DNA of 62,871 nt, filler included, from Welwitschia mirabilis (Eukaryota), in the NCBI GenBank assembly GCA_051453625.1. It is 8 parts of one record of this genome, joined end to end, with 100 filler letters (N's around TTAATTAATTAA, not from the genome) between each part and the next. Parts side by side here need not be neighbours in the genome. Positions count along the whole stretch, not along the records: positions 36,197 to 49,034 come from JBOZIK010000001.1; positions 49,135 to 53,111 come from JBOZIK010000001.1; 6 more parts are not named here. One strand, written 5' to 3'. The stretch's first letter is position 1. Every line of letters starts with the position of its first letter. Made by a program: the position numbers and the translations under genes. Positions 39,304-52,059 of the stretch are shown here, in pieces. The notes below the pieces were generated by a model. It searched no databases. It was not told where the DNA came from and saw nothing but the letters and a program-made list of their open reading frames with translations.

Positions 39304-42300
39304 GTAAATAAAATCATATGTGTCTAATGTTTTAATTTAGGCTATACATTTCAAACATTTCATCATTAATGCATAATTAATTTTTTGAGCTCAAGCTATA
39401 AAAGAAGTCATAAAAATTAAAAATATACTATCATATATCTAATCATCTAGATGATGGATAACAATACATGATCTTTTCTAATGTTTTACAGCAAATATTA
39501 TATTGAGCTTGTGATGACTAGGAACATATATGATAAGACCTATAAACTTAATTTATGTCTTTAAATAATTATTTATCCTTGTTGATCTACTTTGCAACCT
39601 ATAATTATCCACTTATTTTGTCAAAGACTAATAAGGCTAAGCAGGGGGTTATATCACAAGGCTAAATTCATCATATTTAACATCATGTTTGAGGATGTTC
39701 TTAATTTAATTAGATAGGTTCCTTGTAGAATATGGAAATTTCATTAGAGCTTCATCAATAGCATAAATTAAGTAGATTTTTCATTGTATTTAATGTCTTT
39801 TTTATTTTAATTAAAGACTTATATATTCTATCCTATGAGAAGATGATTAGAAGAGAGACTAGAATATTAACTTAGGAGTACTTTTCATTGAGATAATCAT
39901 GATAGAGTTCACATGAGTCATAGAAGATGTAAGGGATGAATTTAATTATGAAAAAGATATCAAAGTCTAAATCATGCTCAGAGGTAATGATCAGAGATAA
40001 TGAAGGCAAAAATAATGTGTCATTCACCCATTGTCTAGACAATACTATTAGATGACCAATAGAGATTCTCCAACATAATTGTCATTCAAATGATTATTTA
40101 AATGATATCATGAACTACATATTAGCAAAATAATCATNNNNNNNNNNAACCACATATCTTTCATCTATATTCATTTCAAACTATCATTTGTCCTATCATC
40201 TATACAACAACCAAGATAATAATAAGAACAATGAAATTAGATAGGTATCAGACATTAAGACGTAGTTGCCACTATTTTTCATCTCATTAATAGAATGATA
40301 CCAAGTGGATAATAGTTAGTTATTTGTTAAAAAAATTAATGTTTTTTAAATAATAAAAGTTAATCTTGATCATGACTTTTGGCCTAACTAATCATTGACC
40401 CTAAACTATAAATAAATCCCCCTAGACTTCATTTTATTATCCTTTTATATATTTTGATCTTGTAATGAATTAGAGATTAAAGTGGTTAAGGGATTTATAT
40501 TAGCTTATAAGAAAGATGTTCTTAGTTTTCAATTGTAATTCTTGCATTAAGGATATTTTACTTATAAGTGGATGGAAGAAATTTTGATTAATTAATAAAT
40601 ATTAATTGAATTATATTTATCTTATGAAATTCTCTTATATTCCTCATAGTTTATGTTAATTGTAATCTAGTAATATTATTTTCTAATTAATATGAATTAT
40701 AAGAATTAATCTAAGTGATATTAGATTGGCAAATTTATTAGTATTTATATTTATATTGCATTTATTCAATTGCATAACATTTCATTTTATCTCATTATCA
40801 GTCATTATGTTTGTTATAGTTGCATTTCTTTTAATTTAGTTTTTTATTTAGAAAATTGAGAAATTTACATCCTTTTTCCATTCTATTCAAATAAATTTCC
40901 TAATTCCCTATTATGCGTCATCTCTAGAGTACGACATTTTGAGTTGATCCCATTATAGAAGTGTGTTCTATGTAATAAAAGATACATTCAATATTTAGAT
41001 GTTTGGATCAAAGATACATTAAGGTAATTCAAATTTAAAAGCACAAATACACATTACAAGGGACAAGAAGCTTATCATCTATCTATACAAAAAACCAATA
41101 AGATTAGTAAGAGTTAATAATAGTGCTAGTCAACATTAATTATAGCACTCCATTCTTATGTTTTGAGAGATGTTATAGATTATAATTTCCTTGAGGTAAT
41201 TAGTCAGCTCATCTAAGATCACCAAAGTTTCTACAAATTTTAGAACTCTAATACTCACCCTAATTTTTAGGCTATAAAAGGAAACTTAGGCCTCATTTTT
41301 AAATACCTCATGATATGTTATCTATTTATAATATTTTGAAATTGGAAGGAGGCCTAAATATGTATGTTTTTTAAGCTTTCTCTTTAGGTATGAGCTAGCT
41401 ATTAAGAGTAGCATAAACTTTTAAGCTTTGGGTTAAATCTGTTACTATTACAAAGAGTTTTTTCTATTGTTTTAATAAAGAGTTATAGTTTCTTAAATTT
41501 ACTTTCTTATTTGAAGTCGTGAATTCTTCTTAATACGTGTAATAGTTAATCTAAGTTGAAGCATGTTAAGGTTTTTCATGATTTTTAAGTAAATCTTCAT
41601 GTATAGATCTTATCTCATAATTGGCTATCATTTAATGATCTTTAATTTTTTTTTTCTTTTTCATGCTTGTGAAGTGAACTATAAAAGCTAACATGACTTA
41701 AAATCTTCACCACTACTTATGTGATGAATGAGATTATGTTATCATGCTTGAGGAAAAATGATATCTTAAGATTATTTTTTTAAATTAACCATAGGAAAAA
41801 TTTATTTCAATAAAGAATCATGCTATTGTTGTTATGGCCATTTTAAATGCTTAGAGATCTATCTTATTTCTACTCTATTTATTAATTAATAACACTTTAT
41901 TTATAATCAATAAATCTTCTATAACAGTTATGAAAATTAATTTTATCTTATGTAACTAATTTATTTATTGTATTTAATCCTTATAAAGGATAATAGTGGG
42001 GATATACTTCAAACAAAAGCACTAATATATTTAGGTAAAAACTAGGTTTAACTTCATAAGATTTATATTCATAGGATGATGAAAAGCCTACAATTTAATT
42101 AAAAATACTATAAAATANNNNNNNNNNCTAAATCATTTTAATAAATCACTCAACAAGAAATGATTATATCATCAATATATTAGAAAAAAACATGCAAACT
42201 AAATTACCATACACAGACTTTAATCATTATTTATTTTTTATATGAAGCTTAATTTTCTTCTTTTAACTCGAATAAAGAATTTTCTTATTTTATCAAGACA

Positions 42301-43099
42301 CATACTTCATCAAAAATGACTATTCTTAATAAAAATATGTTTTGATAGTTACTCCACTTATAAATAAAGATTTACAAGATAGGGGTAAATAAAAGTACAA
42401 AGAACAAAGAAAACATGCCTACTATCTTAATATTAACTTTAGTTAATATCAATATTAGGAGTAAGAAAAAGATAGCATGTAAATTTTCCAAATTACATAC
42501 TTACCAATACAAGATTCTTTTTAGAATAATACATCTTATATTACTATCAAAAAATATTGTAATTATTCATTTCCTATATTTTTGCAAGAGGTACAGTAAC
42601 TTAAAAAGTCACTTTACAGCTCTCCTAAAATGCTCTTTTTGTCTTAGACATGCTTTTTAGTACTTCTCTAAGATTTCCCAAAAAAATCCTCTTGCCTCCT
42701 CTATAATACATATTTATTGTTGTAGTTTTAGTGAGTTTGTTATCTTTTTTTGCATCACCTATCTAGTTACTACAACCACTTTTCCTTTTTATAGTAAGGT
42801 TTTACTTGACTTACACTTTCCTTTTTTATAGAAATGCTTTACTTATAACAATGTCATAACATATTACTACCATTTTAACATATTCTTTATTAATTTTGAT
42901 AAGAATAGAGCATAAATGTACATCTATTTCTAAGTCATCAATTTCCCTCATATCAAATATTTGTTAGTTCTTTAATAATTTACATTAATTTTTTTGATGT
43001 TTTATTTTCTTCTTTTCAACTATATCTTATTCTAATTCTGCTTATAACTATTTCATTTCTTTTAACTACTTCAGTACCTTAATTAGCTTCTTCAAAAGG

Positions 43100-43900
43100 G
43101 TTGGATCATACAAATTTATATTTTTTAATTTAATTGAGCTACCTTTGATGGTTTCCCTTTTGATTGTTTACCCTTTTTAGTACTTGAAATTTTCTTTAGT
43201 TTCCTCGGCTAAGTAGGAGAGGGTTTTTTAGATTCCTCCAATCTAAAACAACTTTCTATTAAGATAGTTTAAATGCCTTCTTTTCCTTCTATTTTAGAGA
43301 AAATATCTATAAAATTTCCTCTAAGCATTCTCATACAATCCAAAAGCTAATTTCTTTGATTTTTAAAGATTTTAAATCCTACTTAGCAACTATGAAAAGA
43401 TAAATGTCTTTCTTGATACCTTCATAGACTCAGAGGAGTTTGATCATTGCCTTCTAATGTTGTCCTTTAACTACTTCACTCTTAATATTATTTACCTCCT
43501 TCAAGGCTTGATTAGATACCCTACTAATTTTTTCTATCCTTTCTCAATCTTCTATATTATTTCATTTATAACTTTTTTATAATCACTAAAGTAATCATTT
43601 AGTTTTTAGGGATAAAAATGCATACTCCTTGGTACCCTTAATTTCTCATTTTCAAATCCCATTCTCTTCCTTAGTTAGACTTCTAAAAGTTTATTTTCAT
43701 AAAGCAGTCTACTTTTATCATTCTTAAGATTTTCAATTAAATCTAGCTAGCTAGGAGGAATTAATATTTCTTTGAGTGTATCTGAAATTTAATACACAAA
43801 AATCTTTATATCCACTGGAGGTATTTGTTGTAAAGAATATTAAAGAATTCTTTCTAAAATTGGAGATAATTCATTTTTCAAAAACCTTTATTAGACTGTA
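43100..43900 (-). pseudogene. ORF-X homologue (unit C)
   Basis: LRKRMGFENEKLRVPRSMHFYP*KL... and MRMLRGNFIDIFSKIEGK align with element B 16268-16486 and 16707-16802. Confidence 0.75.
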
Positions 43901-44799
43901 GTCGAATAAAAAATAATCAATGAATCTAGAAAAAGGAGGAGTTAACTCCAACATTTTTTGAAGGAAAGTAATGTTTATTTCTTGCATTTCCATTTTCTAC
44001 TACTTAATCTATACCTATTCAAAAGGTTCTATCCATTTTTGCTTGAATTTGTTATTTTCCTCCTAAATTTTCATATACTTTTTATGCGTTCCCCTCAAAT
44101 CCACATAAATTTTCTATTAAAAAAAATTTTCTTCGAGGAAAGAATAAGTTGTTACATGAAAGTGATAAATTATTATTACATTTCAATATATTTGTTATTA
44201 TAATATTTGTTATGAGTTACTCTTTTTAAAATATCTAATAAAAAATCTTTTTTATTGATAAGGGGATTATAGTTTCTCTCTCTTCTCTCTGAGTTCTCAC
44301 TCTAATTCCTCAATTCAAGCTTAAGCATTGTGCAAAGAATACTTATTTAAATTTTGGGATTTAAAATGAGAGATTAATCTCTCCTCTAGCTATTGCTTCT
44401 CCTCATCTACTTTATCACATTTCCCTTGTCAAAAAATAAATTTTTTCTTTGATAAATTCATTATTAGATTTTTTCTTTAAACTAAGACTTTTACCCTATA
44501 GCTGATTCTTTTCTTGTAGGAAGGTAGTTAAATAATTTATGGTGGCATATAAAGAATCCACCTTGTATTCTTTCAATAACTTTATAAAAGATTTTATTTT
44601 ATTTTATAGTCCTGATTACTATAAAGTAAATATATTTGCTTGTTTTTTGACAAGCTTTTGGAGCTACATTTAAATTTGTGTATCTAGCTAACTAGTTAAA
44701 GTTCTTCCTCTATGCTTGGAATGCTAAAGGATATTAGAACTAAAACTCTAAATAAGGATGCAACTAAGAGGCCCATACTATTCCCCCTACTCAAAAAAA

Positions 44800-45420
44800 A
44801 TTATGAAACATTTCTACCTAAAAGAATCCTTTCAATCAATGATGAAGATTATAGTCCAACCTTTGTGCTCTTGGTAGTGTTTCCAATATACTAATTTACA
44901 TAAATATTAAAAGATTCTAAATCTAATATCAATATTTCCACTTAAGGGATCTTTAATGGCATCTGTTAAGTATACTCTTGGTATACTCATGTCCTTTTGC
45001 TTATTGATAATTGAGGCTAAGTTAGAGGATATCATTTTGAAAATAACAAATTCCTTAGAAACCCTTAGCTTATCAATGTCAACTCATTTGTCTTTATTAG
45101 TAGTACTGTAAAAATATTTAAGACATAAGATTGTGTTCTCATTTTTATTTATCTTTGATAACAATTTTTTGCTAGATGGTACCTTAAGAATCATCCTTAA
45201 TTCATCTAAAAAATCTAAATCAATACATTATGAACTGACAAGTATAACATTGGCATGTTTCCATAAAATGAGTATACTTCTTTGTTACCATACTTTTTTA
45301 AAACTGTTAATTAGTTTCACCTATTAAGTTTAATAATTTTTTATCTGAGTCTAGTGCAACTAGAGTCTTTAAGAAGTTTTTCAAAGTTTGAACTAGAAAA
45401 AATGTTAACTTCTACAATGA
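44800..45420 (-). pseudogene. env-like / plant transposon protein ORF remnant (unit C)
   Basis: EVYSFYGNM (45254-45280), DELRMILKVPS, NLASIINKQK...YLTDAIKD...NIDI...IF and VGL*SSSLIERIL are colinear with element B 14530-15160. Confidence 0.75.
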
Positions 45421-48400
45421 CATTTTATTATTTAGCTTTGGAGTTTGATTTCTTTCTAATATGAAATGCTCATACAAGAACTATCATTAAACTTCAAATC
45501 CTCACTCAATATCTTATTGAAGAAAACAAAATGCTTTTTAAACAACTAAAGGAATTTATCTCTTTAAAGGAACATTCTTAATCTAAATTCTTTAACCTAA
45601 AATGTTATTTTTACCTATGAAAGATACTACATAGGAGATTTTCATAATGTTTTCAAATGTAATTAGAAGAATACAAAGAAAATAATTTACTAAAAATGAA
45701 CTTGAAATAAATAATTTACCTATTACAATATTCTATTTATAGAAGTTTTAAGCTCTCTTCCACATGTTGAAGTCTGACTTATTGTATTTTCTATTAAAGG
45801 GGTGGTCAAAATCATCAAATGGGATTTCAATAAAATATGCTATAAAAGTATGTTTTTGTCTCTCCTTACAGGTAGAACTCTAAGGGGACCTTTGACTATT
45901 GAAAGAGGTACTTCAAGTAATAATTACATCCTTGAAGGAAATCTTTGAGTAATGAAGGTTAATCAAAGAGATGACTTGAGTAGTAATTACTTCCTTAAAG
46001 GGATCCATTAAACTAATGAAGAAACTTAGTATAATAGAAGTTGCAGATTCTTGCTTCAATTTTAGTGCTTTGTACTTTCTAAAATCAGCACCTTTAATCT
46101 CTTAATTGCATAAATGTGATTATAGTTTTCTTGGCTTACAGTAAATACTTATATTCTATTGATCATGGCTACTTTATGTAGATTTCAATAAGATTTGAAT
46201 TAAAAAAACTCTTCTTAAGAGAGTTCATTCTAAAAATATAATCCATTTACTATCCATTTACTAATACTATTATTATTCTTTTGTTTTATAGATGCTTTTC
46301 TCTTACTAGTAAAATCTATTTCCATAATATTTATTCCATTCAAGTCTTTATTAATTCACTTTCCAAAATATACCATTTTCATTTTATCATAGTATTTGTT
46401 TAATTTATTAGCTATTCTATTTAGATTTTTAAGACAAGATTTTTATTTAATAGTTAGCTCATAAACGTTTTTCTAGATTCAAGTATAATTACTTCCTCAA
46501 AGGGAATCTTACTTAAAGGAGTCCTTCAAGTATGAATTACTTATTAAAAGAAGTTTCTAATAAAGACTAAGCTCAAAGGAGGTTTTCAAGAAATAAAGAG
46601 TTATTTAAAANNNNNNNNNNNNNNNNNNNNNNNNNNNNNNNNNNNNNNNNNNNNNNNNNNNNNNNNNNNNNNNNNNNNNNNNNNNNNNNNNNNNNNNNNN
46701 NNNNNNNNNNTACTTCATTAAAAGAAGTTTCTAATAAAGACTAAGCTCAAAGGAGGTTTTCAAGAAATGAAGAGTTATTTAAAACAGTCTTTCAAGGATT
46801 CATTAGCAATGATTTTTGAAGAATTTGATATGATTTAATTTACTCTTTAGCTCTTATTTATGGATGTAAAAACAAAAGGAGGATTTCTTATTTTGAAGGA
46901 GGGCTTTAATTAAAAATCCATTACACATCATATCAATTAGGTAGCTATATGAAGAGGGCCTTTAAGAATCTCAAAGAAGGTCTAAGAAGTAAGTGATAAA
47001 TTAAGAAGAAGACAAAGCCAATTCATTCTTTAATTTATTCTTATGATGCTCAAGGCAAAGCTTAAAAAAGGTCTTTGAGCAATGAATGTTACTAAAAGGG
47101 GATCTTTGAGTCATGCTAATAATGAAAATGGAATAATAAAGAAGCCAAGATACAAGGGATTTTTGAAGACACATTGAAGGAGTTTAGTCATCTATCAAAG
47201 GGGTCTCTGATAGATGATGTGTACCTTTTGACATATTATCAAAAACAAATTCTCTAGCTTATTCAATAATTTAAAGAAGGTCTTTGAGCAATACAGATTA
47301 CTCAAATAAAGCCCTTCAAACTTGTAGAGCTAGTGAAGAACATAGTTGCAATTAGCATAACATTGGTAGCAAAGCTTAAAGAAGCAGAGTTTGATCCAAT
47401 TTTTTTTAGATTATATAGATCTCTTATAATGGCTAATAAATTAGCATATCAGATGCATCTAAGACTCACTCCCATCTAAAACTATAAAAGACATTTTTTA
47501 CTATTAGTTTTCATGTGTATATAATGTGTAATTCCTTGATCAATTAATCTAATACAAATTTTCTAAACTAAATTAAGTTCTATTAATATCCTATTGAGAA
47601 ATGGCCCACAACTCTAATAACTTACCAATTAATCCTCCTACTTCTTCCCTCATTAAGAAATCTAAATGTTATTTTTTTAGCTTAGGATCTTCTTAGATAG
47701 AGATGAACATCACAAGTATAGATGAGGATTCTCCTAAAATTTCTATGCAAAATGTTTATACTCCTGATCTTCCTTTCTATAATTTGATTTTTAAAGTGTT
47801 TAATGCCTTGGATGACATCCTTTGAGAGAATGAAAGGAGCCGATGCAGCCATGAAAAAATTCCACCCTATTTTTATCACATAGTTCATTACTTTTATACA
47901 AATTTTTTGAGAATTTGGGCTACTAAGTTGAGTTTTATCCTAACCAATGAGTCCAATAGGTATGATGATTCATTAGGGTAGTTTGAAGATTAGATTCATG
48001 AATTAGAGTAAAAGGTATGACAAAATGAAGGTAACAATCTAGCTCTAAGCCTTTATGCTCTTTCTTTTGATGAGGATTACCTAAAAAGATGGAAATCCTA
48101 GGATAGCTTAGCTTATTAGAACTTATTAGATTTCTATGTTGTAGAGATTAGGATTCCTATTAACTTCTTACACCATCTACATTTTCTTCCTTTAGTAAAA
48201 GTATTTAATCAGAGGAGGACAAGGAGGAAGAACAAGTATAGGGATCAATTTTTCTGATATCTTATAGGATTACATTTACTTATTTTCACCTTTTTTCTTT
48301 AGTTGTTGTCTAACTAGCTTTACCTGCTTTTATAGAATAAATGTATTTTCTTATTAAAACTATCTTTTTATTGTAAAACATAAGTACAATTATTAGCTGC

Positions 48401-48784
48401 ATTATGAAATTAAAAAAATATTATATTATAAGCATTGGATACTTTTATTCTAATACTTATTTTTTGTTATGCCAAATTATAAAAACCAATTGGATGTTGA
48501 GCTCTTTTATCTTCATAAAAAATTATTACTTAAAGATAGATAGAAGAAATATGCATTCATTTAAATGTTTTAAATGTTAAAATAAAAAAATGGTATCATA
48601 TGCAAGACCTACTTTTTCTTTTGAGGTTTACTTAGTTTGAAGAAAATATTAGAAACTAATCTTTTCTCATATAACACTTGGAAAGTGATTTTTTTTTTTT
48701 TTATAATTTCAATCCAAAGAGCCTTTATTTTAAGAAAGATTTTTGCAACAAGGAGAGTGAAATCACTGCCATAGGAATAAGGAC

Positions 48785-50387
48785 TGTTGTGGTGTGTATT
48801 TATGCAATAGTTCATGTTTCAATTTTAATCCTATTAATTATAATAAGATGCAAAATACAACACACTAGTATAGACGGAGTGATCCAATGTCGTAATTCCG
48901 TCGAAGGCCAATGGTATGAACAATAAAGAGTTGATTTCAGAAAAGAAATGAGTAACCTTAATCTATCAAATTAAATTGCAATGAAAGAAATAGAATAGTG
49001 ATGCAAGACTAATGTATGAAAAATAAATAGCGATNNNNNNNNNNNNNNNNNNNNNNNNNNNNNNNNNNNNNNNNNNNNTTAATTAATTAANNNNNNNNNN
49101 NNNNNNNNNNNNNNNNNNNNNNNNNNNNNNNNNNTGCAACATAGCCCCCCACTTAGCCTTGTCAGTCCCTAATAAAATCAAACAGTAAATTGTGTTTGCA
49201 AGCCAACTTTTCAAACGATAAAAACAAGGATAGGTAAAGGAAAGTATCTGATAAAAGTGTAACAGGCATGAATCTGAATCTTGAATTTCTAAAAAATTTA
49301 AAAATTAAATAAAATACCTGTGAAGTATCAAATGTATGTCTGTCGTTCGGAGGATACACCGCCCAATACCAAGGTAACGTCTTTTTAGATTACAAGATGG
49401 TTCTCCAGTCCCAAGATCACCTATCACGAGAATGTTAGGTACTGTCAAAGATGATTAGGGATCGAGGAGGAGAGCTTTATTTATAGGTGAAAAGGGAAAG
49501 GGACTAACAGAAAAGTATAACAGAAACTCTAGCTAACATAAAAAGAAAAGTCGCAATTAACAAGCGATAACTCAGGAATACAATGTGTAAAAGTATCAGA
49601 GGATAGTATCATCCAGGTGGTCGTCCAGACGATGAAGGAGATGACAAGATCCTTAAAAGATTTTCAAATTCTAGAACCTGTGACAGAAAACAGATTTTGC
49701 ATTAGTTATGAATTTCTAGAAAATAATTCCTCCTGTGATAGACAGGTAAGTATAATCATGTAAAAAATTAAGGAGGATTTGTAATAATGGTTTATTATGA
49801 TCGAAAAAATTGGATCAGAAATATGCAGTATTGAAGATATAGATGCATCCTATCCCCCACTTAAAGTATGCAATGCATCCTGAATTGCCTAAACTAATGA
49901 AAATAAAAATGAGTTGAATGAAAAACTACAAAAATACTAAACTAGAAAAGGTGAAAAAATGACTAGAAAATGGTAGACATGAAAATAGAAGAAAAGCAGA
50001 GGAGAAATAGACACAAGGAACATGGAGAAGACTATTTTATCTAGTCTAAGTACTGACGTAGCAAACTCCAAAGGAAAACATCATAACAGTACCTGAGTAA
50101 AGATGCATGACAAAATGATTAACTTGATAAAGTTCATTCAAAAAGGGCAGTGGTTATGGTAATATCCAAGGTTTCAAGTGTGTAGAACAATAAAAGTCAA
50201 ATCAAAAGATACNNNNNNNNNNNNNNNNNNNNNNNNNNNNNNNNNNNNNNNNNNNNNNNNNNNNNNNNNNNNNNNNNNNNNNNNNNNNNNNNNNNNNNNN
50301 NNNNNNNNNNNNAGCATTTATCTGTTAGTTTATCTGCAAAACAACTCAAAATACCCTATCAAATATACTTAAGTTGGCGTCGCAACA
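48785..50387 (-). mobile_element. Athila-type LTR element D (mostly lost in assembly gaps)
   Basis: TGTTG...GCAACA termini with TSD AGGAC (48780-48784 and 50388-50392). The 3' LTR ends at 49141, followed by PPT complement TAGCCCCCCACTTAGCC. Confidence 0.8.
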
Positions 50388-50810
50388 AGGACCCATAAAT
50401 TTATTGTTATAATTCCAATTTGTAGGAATTTGATAGTGTATTTTAAGTACTTTTACAGGACATTATACAAGTTTGAATGAAATATTAATGATTATGGAGA
50501 ATTGATAGGATGCTCACCAAAATATATGATTCTTAGCATATTTGGAGGCAACTTAGTCTTGTTCTAATACTTCATACTTTGAAAGAAGTATTTACCATAT
50601 AGAAGAGTGATTCCATTTTGAGATTGAAGATGAAGAAGCCTATTGTTCCCTCTATTGTTTTCATGATAGACAGGATGACAACACTACTGACATGGACAGT
50701 GGCTGTAGGATTGATAATAGTGCCTGAAGCTAATGAAGTACCTTTTGACATAGAGTAAGATACCCTCTGTCATCCTCATGATAAGTAGGATAATAGCTAT
50801 TTTCTATAAC

Positions 50811-51858
50811 TATTATAGTGTGAGTTTATACAATCCTAAAACTTCTTTAAGTAAATCTATAAATAAAACTTGTAGGAAAACACACACTAGTATAGATGGG
50901 ATTCCCCCAAATGTTGTAATTCCAATGAAGGCACTAGGCTCAGAGTTAGATAATTTATTCCCAAAAAGTATTTTTAGTTTTTTATCTTTTACTAACTGAA
51001 AATAAGTAAACAAGTAAATGCAATGTAAGTGAATGGAGAGAAAATGAAAGTGAATGAAAGTGGAAATGAAATAAATTCTCTTGGTTTCTAATTCTTTTAT
51101 CACAAGCACTAGCTTCTAGTATTTATGTCATAAAAACTATCTTTTCTATAATTTATGTCAATTAAGAAGTGCATTCAACTAGTTCTTAACTAACATAAAT
51201 TATGAGATTTACCAACTAGAATATGCAATATGCAATATGGAATTAAAATGCAAACCTAAATTAACCAAGCTCAACCTTAATAAAGGTTTCCCTCATGATC
51301 TAAATAAATCATAGAACTATTACTTACTATGACCAACTTAAATGATAAAGGAAATTCACAAAATTGAAGTGAAAAGAGTAATTATATTAACTCAAAGAAC
51401 TTTACATGCACTTACAATAAAATAACAGCACCTTAATGGAAGAGACTTAGCTTAACACCAAGAAAACCCCTTTCCGTAGATACTGAATGAACCTCTTATC
51501 CTTTAATCTTCCATTATAAGTATACCAAGTATAAAAGATGGCCTATAAATGAAGGAGGAGAAGGGTATTTATAGTTTTTTATTTGAGGTTCCGGAAGGTA
51601 AAATCCTAAATATGGAAAACAGAAACCCTAACAACCTACATGGGCTGCTTAACCCCATTTATAAGGATATTTTCTTTGAACATGATTTATCATCCCGACT
51701 GTGGTGGAGATAACATGGGGGATGACACCATATGCACTTACCTCGATGTAACACATGTGATGTTGTTAGCCTCACAACTTTTCTGTGTATGTTAGTAGTG
51801 TCATCATCCTACATGTCATGGAGATGACATAGGAAACGATGTCATACCACATGTCTTC
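50811..51858 (-). repeat. LTR fragment of a sister family of element D
   Basis: Shares CACACTAGTATAGA...AATGTYGTAATTCC..TGAAGGC with 48860-48910 and 55095-55145. Repeated at 52060-53111. Confidence 0.75.
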
Positions 51859-52059
51859 NNNNNNNNNNNNNNNNNNNNNNNNNNNNNNNNNNNNNNNNNN
51901 NNNNNNNNNNNNNNNNNNNNNNNNNNNNNNNNNNNNNNNNNNNNNNNNNNNNNNNNNNNNNNNNNNNNNNNNNNNNNNNNNNNNNNNNNNNNNNNNNNNN
52001 NNNNNNNNNNNNNNNNNNNNNNNNNNNNNNNNNNNNNNNNNNNNNNNNNNNNNNNNNNN

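Larger units (their letters stand above)
42350..48300 (-). mobile_element. Unit C: Athila-like accessory/internal region related to element B, no recognisable pol
   Basis: Minus-strand decayed ORFs are homologous and colinear with 14500-16860. A PPT-like AAGTGGAGTAAC lies at ~42348-42359 (-). Boundaries are approximate. Confidence 0.7.

Noticed and set aside
42400-45420. Endogenous pararetrovirus (movement protein-like) interpretation
   Set aside because: No convincing caulimovirid MP, CP or RT motifs. The frames instead align with element B's accessory ORFs.
46540-46783. Direct repeats flanking gaps (also 53652-54145 and 61180-61832)
   Set aside because: Near-identical sequence on both sides of N runs indicates unmerged contig overlaps.
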